From Octopus vulgaris (Eukaryota), in the NCBI GenBank assembly GCA_951406725.2, contig OX597828.1:28768001-28832000 (forward strand): a stretch of 64,000 nucleotides of DNA. Reading direction: 5' to 3'. Of this stretch, positions 1 to 12,343 are shown piece by piece. The notes below the pieces were generated by a model. The model was not told the DNA's origin. It saw nothing but the letters and a program-made list of their open reading frames with translations, and searched no databases. The stretch's first letter is position 1; each line of letters opens with the position of its first letter. The position numbers were made by a program, and so were the translations under genes.

Positions 1-371
1 CCATTCGCACAAACACCGAGTCTATCTCTTCCTCAAACCACATATACAAATACGATATTTTGATGTATACATACAGGAAAAGAAATACACACATCAACGT
101 CACACACACACACACACACACGCAAATAGACTGGTATGTAGGTAGGTAGATTGATAAATAGACAAATTGAGAGAGAGAGAGAGAAATTGATAGATAATAA
201 TCAATTACAGTTGTAAGTTTTATGCAGAGTAATGTCATAAAGGTTTGAAGATTGTTTTATCAAAGTCATTAAACTTTAAGTAACCCAAGTATAACCTTTA
301 ATACACACACATACACACACACACAGACACACACACACACATACACACACACACATACACACACACAGTCT

Positions 372-1428
372 ATGGAAGACGAAGACTTCAGTGAATTGCA
401 TATTGTACATTGCATGCTTTACGGATTTTGTAAGAGCAACAACACTACACATGCAAGAGAAAACCTTTGTGTTGTATATCCGAATGATGTGAGTGTTCGG
501 AAATGCCAAATGTGGGTTAACAAATTGTTGTAAAACGGTGATTTCGATATTTTTGGGTGGATATCGACCCGGAAGACCAACCGTTCTCAATAATGATGCA
601 GTGGAAACAACATTCGAAGTGGATCCGAGATAAAATACCGAGGATTTATCCCCGAAATCTTAATAAACCTTGGTCCACTGCGCAATATCATGTCAAGAAG
701 ATTGGGAAAGCGTTTTGAGAAGAAAGTGGATACGTTAGGGAATAACTCTGGGGGATATAAAATAGTGCCTTCAACAATTTGCTAATCAGAAACGAAGAAA
801 CATCTTTTCTTAATCCAGTTGTAACAGATGATGAGAAATGGATTTCTGTGCCAACCTTATTAGTAAGAAGCAGTGGTTGTCGCCAAATTGAAATCCACTT
901 ACACCACTCAAATCAGATTTACACCCAAAGAAGATTTTGTTGAGTGGCTCGTGGAAAAAAATAGATATTGTTCACTTCGATTTTTTGGAACAGGGGGATA
1001 GACATCCCCACAGAACTTTTATTATCAACAACTTTAACAGGTCAACATTTTGTTCGGAAAACCAAACGGAGTCATCCAGTCACATGATAACACAAGGTCA
1101 CATTCAGCGAAGATTACCCAAGAAAAGATAATTTCATTTTGCTGGGGATCTCTGCCTCATCCGCTCTACTCACCAGACCTAACGCCATCAGATTCAGGTC
1201 ACTTCAACACTTCGCCAAAAGGTATAAAAATTTCAGAAGCGATCACAATGTTGAAACAGCATGGCAAATATTGCTCTGGTTAATTTTCCTAAAGAATGAG
1301 AAAACTGGTTTCGAGGTGGGAAAATGATGGAAATTATATCTTTGAATGAATAAATATATTTACAAAAAGGGTTATGCTGATCTGAAGCTATTACAGGAAG
1401 TGCGACATTATTTTTCAGTACCTCTAAC
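372..1428 (+). mobile_element. Decayed mariner (Tc1/mariner) transposase with 3' TIR remnant
   Basis: ATG at 372 reads MEDEDFSELHIVHCMLYGFCKSNNTTHARENLCVVY...VSVRKCQMW, a mariner HTH region. LNPVVTDDEKWI near 810-845 matches the TGDEKW motif. HPLYSPDLTPSD (ORF 1050-1283) matches YSPDLAPSD. Many frameshifts. TIR-like GCGACATTATTTTTCAGTACCTCTAA at ~1402-1427. Confidence 0.88.
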
Positions 1429-1497
1429 ATACAAGCACACTCACACTTATATACATACATACGTGCCTACATATATTTGAGTGTATATATATGACAG

Positions 1498-1600
1498 TGG
1501 AGGCGCAATGGCCCAGTGGTTAGGGCAGCGGACTCGCGGTCATAGGATCGCGATTTCGATTCCCAGACCGGGCGTTGTGAGTGTTTATTGAGCGAAAACA
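1498..1600 (+). mobile_element. 5' tRNA-like head only of SINE family C
   Basis: GGAGGCGCAATGGCCCAGTGGTTAGGGCAGCGGACTCGCGGTC...TTCGATTCCC carries A/B boxes and is near-identical to the 5' end of the full copy at 26825-27208 (minus). Confidence 0.85.
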
Positions 1601-1691
1601 TCAGTACCCCTAACATACAAGCACACTCACACTTATATACATACGTACGTGCCTACATATATTTGAGTGTATATATGTGACTGTGTGCAAC

Positions 1692-1722
<31 letters not shown>

Positions 1723-2001
1723 TACACACACACACGGAGTAGAAGCTATGTGTGCAAATAGATGTACGACTGCTACTGTTATGTTTAGAGTTTCACATAG
1801 ATTATAATAATCCGGCCTGCTTCGCTTCCTGTAGAGTTGTTAATTAATTACTGTACTGACTAACATTACTAGTTATGAGCTACAGAGCAAGTGTAGGAAG
1901 AATAAGGATATCCACAAGTTTATATTATAGTTCCTATGCGCATTTCTCCATTATGGCTGTTTGGATGCATTATGGCAATATAAATATTTCATTTTGTTGA
2001 T

Positions 2002-2195
2002 CGGTGGTTCTCAACCAGTGTACATATGGTCCATGACGGTCCATATAAGATTTTTGTAGACGCCACGCAATAAAATAGTAAATTGGAGATCCACAATCAT
2101 ATTTTAAGGGCTCTTGATATATTTACTTTAGATAAAGGTATTGTTATGTATTACTAAGAACAGCTAGGTTTTTTTCTCTAACATTTTACATAATT
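2002..2195. mobile_element. Possible hAT (Charlie-like) non-autonomous element fragment
   Basis: Begins CGGTGGTTCTCAACC, close to the CAGTGGTTCTCAA terminus of hAT-Charlie elements. No matching right end was found. Confidence 0.3.
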
Positions 2196-2210
2196 CAATC
2201 TATACTCCAC

Positions 2211-2628
2211 AGGCGCAGGAGTGGCTGTGTGGTAAGTAGCTTGTCTACCAACCACATGGTTCTGGGTTCAGTCCCACTGCGTGGCATCTTGGCCAAGTGT
2301 CTTCTGCTATAGCCTCGGGCCGACCAAAGCCTTGTGAGTGGATTTGGTAGACGGAAACTGAAAGATGCCTGTCGTATATATGTATATATATGTGTATGTA
2401 TGTGTGTATATGTTTGTGTGTCTGTGTTTGTCCCCCTAGCATTGCTTGACAACCGATGCTGGTGTGTTTACGTCCCCGTCACTTAGCGGTTCGGCAAGAG
2501 ACCGATAGAATAAGTACTGGGCTTACAAAGAATAAGTCCCGGGGTCGATTTGCTCGACTAAAGGCGGTGCTCCAGCATGGCCGCAGTCAAATGACTGAAA
2601 CAACTAAAAGAGAAAAGAGAAAGAGAAA
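2211..2628 (+). mobile_element. tRNA-derived SINE family A (CORE-like), full length
   Basis: Head AGGCGCAGGAGTGGCTGTGTGGTAAG...GGGTTCAGTCCC, a CORE-like segment (consensus across copies CCTTGGGCAAGTG), an internal TA/TG microsatellite and an AAAGAG tail. About 20 copies or fragments in the window. Confidence 0.9.
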
Positions 2629-3048
2629 GATACAAGTTAATATGTGAAAATCAGAATACGAATTTTGAGAAAAGTATCTTAAACGGTTGGTACTTAAAGA
2701 GGGATGTACACAAGTTTTGCTGATAGCAAGGTTAATCGCGAACGTTGCATAAAAATTCGCAATGAGCTCAGTTAATTTCTTGAGCTCTACAAAGAATTGA
2801 AGCGCCATAAGCATCAAACAGTTTTGAATAAGTTCTTTGTCTCTCAAATAGATGTTGATGATGATAAACTATAAGCTAGAAGACAGTGCCTATCATCCTT
2901 CCAGTAACACCAATACCACCACAAGAACTAGCGTTCCTCACACGGCAGAAAATATATTTTATTGTAAGAAGGCATGGTATAACGATATTGCGGTTCTAAT
3001 TTGTTCCCTAACGTATTCCTCTTCAAATATTTTCTAGATACACAAATA

Positions 3049-3410
3049 GTTCAGTCCCACTGCGTGGAACCTTGGGCAAGTGTCTTCTACTATAGCCCCG
3101 GGCCGACCAAAGCCTTGTGAGGGGATTTGGTAGACGGAAACTGAAAGAAGCCCGTCGTATATATGTATATATATATATATATATTTCTTTACTACCCACA
3201 AGGGGCTAAACACAGAGGGGACATACAAGGACAGACAAAGGGATTAAGTCGACTACATCGACCCCAGTGCGTAACTGGTACTTAATTTATCGACCCCGAA
3301 AGGATGAAAGGCAAAGTCGACCTCGGCGGAATTTGAACTCGAACGTAACGACAGACGAAATACGGCTACGAATTTCGCCCGGCGTGCTAACGTTTCTACC
3401 AGCTCGCCGC

Positions 3411-3457
<47 letters not shown>

Positions 3458-3632
3458 TGTGTGTATTTGTGTGTGACCCCTAGCATTGCTTGACAACCGA
3501 TGCTGGTGTGTTTATGTCCCCGTTACTTAGCGGTTCGGCAAAGAGACCGATAGAATAAGTACTGGGCTTACAAAAGAATAAGTTCCGGGGTCGAGTTGCT
3601 CGATTAAAGGCGGTGCTCCAGCATGGCCGCTT
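3049..3632 (+). mobile_element. SINE family A copy interrupted by a family B SINE
   Basis: Family A sequence at 3049-3180 resumes at ~3455-3632 after an oppositely oriented family B insertion in its internal (TA)n. Confidence 0.85.
3183..3413 (-). mobile_element. tRNA-derived SINE family B (Nin/Deu-domain-like)
   Basis: Minus strand reads AAGGCGGCGAGCTGG...GAGTTCAAATTCCGCCGAGGTCGACTTTGCCTTTCATCCTTTCGGGGTCGATAAATTAAGTACCAG, which resembles the Nin/Deu conserved domain. Many copies in the window. Confidence 0.88.
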
Positions 3633-4202
3633 CAAATATTATCTAGATACACAAATAGTTCTGTATGTTATTTAAAAATTGTTATTTTCATGCATAAAAA
3701 TAATAATGGTAATGTTGCTTCTTTGAATTTGTTGTTGTTTCGAGATTTCACGTTATGAGGATCCGCATCTTCCATAAACTCACAATGTTCGTAAAGCGGG
3801 TTTATATCTATATCAGATAATTATAATCCAGGCTATGATCTCGTCAGCACTTCATTAGGAAACTGTCTAGCATAGTATTTCGTAAACTGAAGAAATATCA
3901 GTTAATATTCAATTGGTTAGAAAGGATAACGATTAGAAAGTCCAAGGTGTAATGCAACGGGTACCTCACAGAGAGTATATAATAATAACATTTTTATATT
4001 ATATGTGTAGTGTGTGTAGGGAACAAATGATATAAACCTACGTTTATCATAATTTCTTATACGTTTGCTGTATACCAACACCATTAATAATCCTTTCTAT
4101 TATATGTGTAGTGTGTGTAGGGAACAAATGATATAAACCTACGTTTATCATAATTTCTTATACGTTTGCTGTAAGTCTGCCACCACGCCGTCTTAGACAA
4201 CA

Positions 4203-4402
4203 ATAATCCTTTCTACTAAAGGCACAAGGCCTGAAATTTTGGGGAAGGTGATTACCAGGGCTCAACTGGAACTTATTTCATCAACCCCGAAAGGATGAAA
4301 GGCGAAGTTGACCTCGGCAGAATTTGAACTTAGAACGTAGCGACGGACGAAATGCCGCTAAGCATTATGTCCGGCGCGCTAACGATTCTGCTAGCTCGCC
4401 GC
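4203..4402 (-). mobile_element. SINE family B
   Basis: Same head and core as 3183-3413, with the alternative GCCTTGTGCC...AGAAAGGATTATT tail. Confidence 0.85.
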
Positions 4403-4815
4403 TATAAAAATATTAATAATACTAAGAATTATAAGTAAGCAAGCCGTTTACTGAGAGCAACCTCGATGATGATAATCTAGGTGTAGCTCTTAACCTAACG
4501 GTAACAGTCATATATCTAACCGCACACAATATAAATATATAAATGTATATATATATATATAGTCAAAAGCAGAGGGAGGACACTTGTGTAACATTAAATA
4601 TTGGTCATTTACTAAAATTTTTACAAAGACTTTCATGCATTGAATTAGAATTCATAGAATGAATTGGAAATCATTTAGTTTTTAGGTTTAATAATTACTG
4701 TTTATTGTTTTAGTCTAGTTTGGCACTTGATGTGTGTGTGTGTGTGTGTGTGTATATAAGTGTGTCTACATATACACACACACGTGCACGCATACCTACA
4801 AATACACACACACAC

Positions 4816-4861
<46 letters not shown>

Positions 4862-4914
4862 CACACACACAAACACACATGAAACAGCCATACATGTGTG
4901 TATGTATGTGTAAT

Positions 4915-4946
<32 letters not shown>

Positions 4947-5179
4947 CACACATGTATATGTATATAATTTCTATTTGCAAATGGGTGAGTTTACTGCATT
5001 GAGCTGCAGTATTTGTACAAAACCTCTCTAATAGTTAAAGTAATTAAAATATTAATAAGTATCCATTGTTTAGAATTCACAGGCCGTTTGTTGAAACATA
5101 CTATTGTCTCTCTTCAACTAATTTCAGCTGGTCTCATCTGAAAACACACTTTTCTAATCAATCTGAGATAATTATAGTT

Positions 5180-5635
5180 CCACTCATTATTGTTATCGTA
5201 GACATCATCGTCGTCGTCGTTATTGTCCTTTGTAATAGTCATCATCATCATCATCATCATCATTAGTATTATGTAGTCGTCGTTGTCGCCATCATCATCA
5301 CCGTTATCTTCACCCTCTTCCTTCTCCTTTTCTTCCATCATCATCGTCGTCATAATTTCACTCACTGCGTTGTCGTCGGCACCATCATCATCATCATCAT
5401 CATTGTCATCATAATATACATCATCATCATCATCATCATATCCTCTTCACGGCCACTCATCGCCAGCATCAACATCACCGCCACCACCACCACCACCACG
5501 ACCGCCAGAACCACCACAATTACATTTACGGCCACAGCATCAGGCTCCACACCCGCGCGTTACTACCACGACCACCACCACCACTTCTGCCACCATCTTC
5601 ACCACCACCACCACCACCAAAACTATTACTATTAC
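5180..5635. repeat. Compound (CAT)n/(CAC)n/(CGT)n trinucleotide low-complexity tract
   Basis: Directly visible. It explains the poly-H/M/D/V ORFs. Confidence 0.9.
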
Positions 5636-5990
5636 CCCCTACACACTCCACACATCATCTCTTACCCCCCCCCCCCATGACAGTCTACCCACCCCACCGC
5701 AGTCATTCCATCCCAATTGTTCTCTCATCCCCAGCATCTCTGTCTCGTCACAGTAATCATAAACAACGTGATAATGACATAATGAAAACAATTGCTATGC
5801 TACTTAACAGTACAATTACTCTTCGTAATTAATTAATAACGTGAGAAAAGTTTGTCTAAGACGTCAATCAATGCTTTGCTCTGACTAAAGAGGCCACAAT
5901 TGGTTTGGTAAAGAACATTCTAGATTAAAGTGTATATTCTAATGACTGACATGTATTAAAACATTGAATAGTATGGAACTGGTTGCTGTC

Positions 5991-6052
<62 letters not shown>

Positions 6053-6067
6053 ATTCTCATCATTAAG

Positions 6068-6915
6068 AAGGCGGAGAGCTGGCTGAATCGTTAGCACGCT
6101 GGGCGAAATGCTTTACGGTATTTCGTCTGCCGTTACGTTCTAAGTTCAAATTCCGCCGAGGTCGACTTTGCCTTTCATCCTTTCGGGGTCGATATATTAA
6201 GTACCAGTTGCGCACTGGGGTCGATGTAATCGACTTAATCCGTTTGCCTGTCCTTGTTTATCCTCTCTGTGTTTAGCCCCTTGTGGGCAGTAAAGAAATA
6301 GGTATTTCGTCAGCCGTTACGTTCTGAGTTCAAATTCTGCCGAGATCGACTTTGCCTTTCATCTTTTCGCGGTCGATTAAATAAGTACCAGTTACGCACT
6401 GGGGTCGATGTAATCGACTTAATCCCCTCTTCCAAATTTGGAGCCTTGTGCCTCTGGTAGTCATCATTAATGTGGCGGCGAGCTGGCAGAATCGTTAGTA
6501 CGCCGGCAAAATGCTTAGCCATATTTCGTCTGGTACTACGTTCAAATTCCGTGGAGGTTGACTTTGCCTTTCACCCTCTCGGGGTCGATAAATTAAGTAC
6601 CAGTTGTATACTGGTACCAGATGTAATCGGTTAATCCTTGACCGGAATCTCAGGACTTTTACTTACTGTACAAAGGATCATTACTATTAATATTCAGGTG
6701 GCGAACCGGCAGAAGCGTTAGCATGCCGGACAAAATGTCAAGTGGCATTTCGTCCACACTTACGTTCTGATTTCACATGGCGTCAAAGTCACTTTTGCCT
6801 TTCATCCCCTCGAGATCGATGAAATAAGAACCTGTTAAGTACTGGAGTCGGTGTAATGAACTTTTATCCTCCCTTCACAAAATTCCTGGTTTTGTGCCGA
6901 AATTTGAAACCGCTA
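6068..6915 (+). mobile_element. Head-to-tail cluster of four family B SINEs of differing divergence
   Basis: Copies start at ~6068, ~6301 (5'-truncated), ~6474 and ~6697, immediately after (TTA)n at 5991-6055. Confidence 0.85.
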
Positions 6916-8130
6916 TCACTATTGTCGTGGTTCTGTTGTTGTTGTTGTACTTGTTGTTGTTATTGTTATGGTCGTTATTGTTTGTTATTGTTGTTGTTGT
7001 TGGCTGTTAGTGGTTTTGTTGTTGTTATTGTGGGTGTTGTTGTTTTTGCTGTAGTTGTAGTTTAACTCAATTCTGCTGTAATCAAGGACGACGTTCTTGC
7101 CATGACCATCCATCTAAAATGATTTTCAGCTATATTGAAAGACACGGTAAAATGGCTAAATTAGCTTCGCAGTCATGAGAGGCTGGGTTTCGATCCTATA
7201 TCATTGCATTTTGGTCTTTTACTCAGAGCTTCGGCTCCATCAACATCTTGGGATGGAAACTGAATAGCAGGAAAGACGGTTAACTATTTGGAAGAAATCT
7301 GTCTGTCAGGTGGATTCTACCTATAACACGTAATTAAAATGACCACCCACCCTTGTCTCATAAGGGGTTATATTGATTCGATCCAAGAATTTCATTAATG
7401 GTACACATATCTTAGGAATATTCAGTCACTTAAACGTTAATTCGATGAGTCGGCCCGCCATGATCTATTGGTCAAACAACTGTTGATCGAACACTCACCG
7501 TCGAAACCAACGATAATTTTTATTTGAATGTCATCCATTTGAAAGTTGTCCGATATGATACCTAATTTTCTGTCCACAGAGATATGCGTATGTGTTTTGT
7601 GTATGTACGTATGTAAGTACATACATATATGAGTGTGTGCGTGCGCGCTTTGTGTATGTGTGTGCCTGTGTGTATAAGCAAAGTGTTTGCATCAGTCAAT
7701 AATGTATATATGTATGTGGGCGAAAACCTATAGGTGTGTATGGAGCAAAAATAAAATGAACAACTCTTAAATGTACGAAAAGACAGAGATGTCACGACTG
7801 GAATGTCTTCGATTGTAAGTGTGTTCGATCAAGTCTGGCCTCATCATTATCATCATTATTAATAACAGCAATGACATGTAATCTAACATCGATTAGATTC
7901 ATCAGCTTGACATAGCCGTTTAAAACCGGTTTTGTAGCAGTTTAGTGCGGGTCACAGAAACTTGTGTGCCTCTGTCACGAGCACAGTATAACCACGAGGT
8001 CACGCGATCAACCATCGACCGTTTCAGATGCAGCTCGACCACATCCAGACTCGACTATCTGTGATGAGACTCAAAATACACTACAAAGAAACGGTGTTCT
8101 TAAGGTGTGTTTTTTTTCTCATACTAACCT

Positions 8131-8362
8131 ATTTCTTTATTACCCACAAGGGGCTAAACATAGAGGGGACAAGCAAGGACAGACATAGGTATTAAGTCGA
8201 TTACATCGACCCCAGTGCGTAACTGGTACTTAATTTATCGACCCCGAAAGGATGAAAGGCAAAGTTGACCTCGGCGGAATTTGAACTCAGAACGTAACGG
8301 CAGACGAAATACCGCAAAGCATTTCGCCCGGCGTGCTAACGTTTCTGCCAGCTCGCCGCCTT
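8131..8362 (-). mobile_element. SINE family B
   Basis: Near-identical to 3183-3413. Confidence 0.88.
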
Positions 8363-8587
8363 CAATACTAACCGTTTACTTGTTATAGTCATTGGACTGC
8401 AGCCATGCTGGAGCACCGGCTTGACAAGTTTAGTCCAACAAATTGACACCACCGCTTAGTTTTTGAAGTCTGAAGTCTGATATTTATTGTATCGACTTCT
8501 CTTGCCGGACTGCTAAGTTGCAAGGGTATAGACAAACTAACACCACCCGTCACACGGTGGTGATGGTGGGGACAAACACAAACACAC

Positions 8588-8636
<49 letters not shown>

Positions 8637-8753
8637 ATTCGGGCGAATAAGGTACTTAAATGGTAAGGCATCTGGTTGGGTCAGAATCGAAATGTATATA
8701 CACCAACTATAGACGTGAACACAAAATTTGGTACTGCAGTACAAGTAAAAACC

Positions 8754-8799
<46 letters not shown>

Positions 8800-8807
8800 C
8801 ACAGACA

Positions 8808-9420
8808 CGAGGAGAATTCAAAAGTTATCCGCACTTTTGCCATAACATATCTTTATTAGTGTCACAGTGCCTTCTGCGCATGTGTGCTTATAACTGATAC
8901 TGTTGTAGTCATGTGATGGAAGTTTGAGCTTGATCGCGCCATTTTTCTTTCTGGCTTTACAATGTAAGCTTGGCCGCTCACTAGTAATGTACCCCCAAAG
9001 AAGAACAAAGACCAGTGATCCGCGAATAGTAATGGTGAACCGGTCCGCCATTCACACCTCTCGAGCTTGCTGAATTTTCTCGTCAGTGGTGGAGGTTGAC
9101 GTGTGTCCTGCTCCCTCTTCGTACATCATGCTTGCCCGGACACTTTTAAACTTTTCAATCCATACATACACACTTCTACGTGGTAGTGCACTGTCCCCAT
9201 ATTGTACTAAAAGCCTCCGGTGAATTTCAGCATCTGACACACCTTCCGACCAGAGAAATCGGATCACAGCTCTCTGTTCTTCTTTGGTGCACATTGCTAG
9301 TGGAGCGGCCATGCTTACACAATAAAACCAGAAAGAAAAATGGCGCGATCAAGCTCAAACTTCGATCACGTAACCACTATAGTACAAACTATAAGCCCGC
9401 GTGCACAGAAAGTGTGACGA
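8808..9420 (-). mobile_element. Mariner-derived fold-back element with N-terminal transposase fragment (9052-9312)
   Basis: ORF MAAPLAMCTKEEQRAVIRFLWSEGVSDAEIHRRLLVQYGDSALPRRSVYVWIEKFK... is a mariner HTH domain. Segments ~8870-9023 and ~9260-9415 are diverged inverted copies. TIR-like ACGAGGAGAATTCAAAAGTTATCCGCAC at ~8807. Confidence 0.85.
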
Positions 9421-10046
9421 TCAGTATAAGCTCGTGTATAGGCACTCCGGAACTGCAGCAACCCCTATTTCCACTTGATATTATCGATAACATTCAATAT
9501 AATGAGTCCTTTTTTCTTTAATTCTTTCTTTATACTTGTACATCATACAATCCTTAAGCTTATTGTCAGTAGCCATCCCCTAGTTTATGAAAAAAACACA
9601 AAACTTCTTGTTATAGAACTGTGCGCTTCACAGTTACAGCGACGTGGTATTTGGATGTTGCGCGCATGTTCACATGTCCGAGATAGGGAGCTTCACGCTA
9701 AGGAGAGAGAGAGTACTGTGTGAACGACAGTGTCGACCCCGGTGTTCCGGTGAAAGGTAGTGTTTCTTTTTGACTCCGCGTGTTTTGTGCTTAAAAACGT
9801 CCTTATATTCTTGAATGTGATGAAGTGTAGAATTAGGTTATTATTCTGCTTCTAGCTTCACTGTTTTTGCCAGGATTTGAAAATTAGGGCAAATTTCCAC
9901 CCTGCCTTATTTTGTGATTTAGGGGGAATTTATGAACAACAAGGATTAATTCGCGGCGGTGTTCAGTGAACAAATTAAGCACTCCCCGAACCCATCAAGT
10001 TTATGTATAAATTTTCTTTTTGTAAGTTTGTTTCCTTTTACACAAT

Positions 10047-10454
10047 ATTCTTTTCTACTCATGACACAAGGCCCGAAATTTTTGGAGAGGGGGCGAGTCG
10101 ATTAGATCGTCTCCAGTACGCAACTGGTACTTAATTTATCGATCGGATGAAAGAATGAAAGGCAAAGTCGACCTCGGCGGAATTTGAACTCAGAACGTAA
10201 AGACAGACGAAATACCTATTTCTATTTCTTTACTACCCACAAGGGGCTAAACACAGAGGGGACAAACAAGGACAGACACACGGATTAAGTCGATTATATC
10301 GACCCCAGCGCGTAACTGGTACTTATTTAATCAAGCCCGAAAGGATGAAAGGCAAAGTCGACCTCGGCGGAATTTGAACTCACAACGTAAAGACAGACGA
10401 AATACCGCTAAACATTTCGCCCGGCGTGCTAACGTTTCTGCCAGCTCGCCGCCT
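10047..10454 (-). mobile_element. Two tandem family B SINEs, one of them 5'-truncated
   Basis: The core GAAAGGCAAAGTCGACCTCGGCGGAATTTGAACTC appears twice (~10157 and ~10347), each with a different tail. Confidence 0.85.
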
Positions 10455-10814
10455 TCCTTTTACACAATATTAAAACAATGGCTAAAAATTTTCTGAAGCA
10501 GCACCCCCATTAATTTTATCTACAGGCCGCCAATGGTGATGATAATAAAAAGATATGTTAATACGAAAGGGGATCGGTATGTCAAGGAATAGATCCAACG
10601 TTTCCTGAAACGTGTCGTAAAGGCGGTTAAAAGAGGTTGAGGGAGAATTTACACTCCAGCCTTGTAAAACCCTCTTCAGGAATGACTACCTAAACTGACC
10701 CCTGGGCTGGAGGGTTGTCGCCTGAGTGGTGCAAAGGTGTCACCTGCTAGAAATAGGGAATCATCAACAAATGGAGGATGCGGCGACGCGCTGTTATATC
10801 GCATTCCCCAATAT

Positions 10815-10885
<71 letters not shown>

Positions 10886-10899
10886 TTACTACTACTCTA

Positions 10900-11020
10900 T
10901 TCTTTGACTTGTCCAGCATAGGATGCCCTACTTGGGGCTTGTGTTTTGCTGGCATAGTTCTCGGAGCCACTGAGGCACAGAAGCCACCACCCTACGAAAA
11001 GGACTCGACTATTATGGGTC
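10900..11020 (-). mobile_element. RTE-clade LINE 5'-UTR-like fragment
   Basis: Minus strand CCTTTTCGTAGGGTGGTGGCTTCTGTGCCTCAGTGGCTCCGAGAACTATGCCAGC...GTAGGGCATCCTATGC resembles the RTE/Bov-B 5' UTR pattern. Recognised from memory, not by search. Confidence 0.45.
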
Positions 11021-11071
11021 TCCGAATTATGGTGAAAAAATTGACCGCTGGAGTACTTGAACTCAAAATGT

Positions 11072-11443
11072 AAATGTAGGCGTGGCTGTGTGGTAAGAAG
11101 CTTACTTCCCAACCACATGGTTCCGGGTTCAGTCCCATTGCGTAGTACCTTGGACAAGTGTCTTCTATTCTAGCCTCGGGCCGACCAAAGCCTTGGGAGT
11201 AGATTTGGTAGACGGAAACAGAAAGAACCCGTCGTATGTATGTGTGTATGTCTCGCATCACCGCTTGACCACTGGCGTTGGTGTGTTTACGTTACCGTCA
11301 CTTAACGCTTCGGCCAAAAGACACCGATAGAATAATTACCAGGCTTAAAAAAGAAGAAACCTAACTACTGGGGTCGATTCATTCGACTCAGAAGGCGTTG
11401 CCCCAGCATGGCCGCTATCAAATGACTGGAAAAGATAAAAAGA
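11072..11443 (+). mobile_element. SINE family A (diverged)
   Basis: Colinear with 2211-2628. Confidence 0.85.
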
Positions 11444-11610
11444 TATGGCTTTCACGATGATTTAAGAATATGGTAATGATGCCATTACAGTTATTGAAAT
11501 ATCACATTTAACAAATATTAATCGTTATATAATATTTCTCATCGACAATCCTTTTTAAAAGAAATATTTTTAAATATTAACACCAATGGAAAGTTAATTC
11601 AAATTACTTA

Positions 11611-11824
11611 CTCTACTCTTTACTCTTTTACTTGTTTCAGTCATTTGACTGCGGCCATGCTGGAGCACCGCCTTTAGTCGAGCAAATCGACCCCGGGACT
11701 TATTCTTTGTAAGCCCAGTACTTATTCTATCGGTCTCTTTTTGCCGAACCGCTAAGTGACGGGGACGTAAACACACCAGCATCGGTTGTCAAGCAATGCT
11801 AGGGGGACAAACACAGACACACAA

Positions 11825-11855
<31 letters not shown>

Positions 11856-12029
11856 CATATATATACGACAGGCTTCTTTCAGTTTCCGTCTACCAAATCC
11901 ACTCACAAGGCATTGGTCAGCCCGGGGCTATAGCAGAAGACACTTGCCCAAGATGCCACGCAGTGGGACTGAACCCAGAACAATGTGGTTGGTTAGTAAG
12001 CTACTTACCACACAGCCACTCCTGCGCCT
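11611..12029 (-). mobile_element. SINE family A, full length
   Basis: Reverse complement of 2211-2628 at high identity. Confidence 0.9.
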
Positions 12030-12141
12030 TAGATTTTTATCTTTTAAAAAAAATAGAGAAAACACTCAAAGACATCCTTTCAGCTGCAGTTTTTCTATGA
12101 AAATGGTATTTACAAAACAAAAGAATTTAATGACATTAAAA

Positions 12142-12343
12142 CAGTAATCCCTCGCCGTATCATGGGTTATCATTTAAGCTTACGCCGATTCCTCCGTGGT
12201 ATCGTTTTTTTTTTTTGCATTTACAATAAAATAAATATATACGAATTATAAAAATAATTTTAAAAATTTGCAGTACTCTACTCCGCGGTTTTTCATCTAT
12301 CGCGGGTTAGAACGTAACACCCGCGATAGTCGTGGGATTATTG
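12142..12343. mobile_element. Tigger/pogo-type MITE
   Basis: Termini CAGTAATCCCTCG and CGTGGGATTATTG are an 11/13 inverted match, followed by TA. Internal hairpin TATCGCGGGT...ACCCGCGATA. Confidence 0.65.

Noticed and set aside
8058-8100. GTGATGA...GAAAC as a hammerhead or snoRNA C box
   Set aside because: No supporting helices and no D box or terminal stem.
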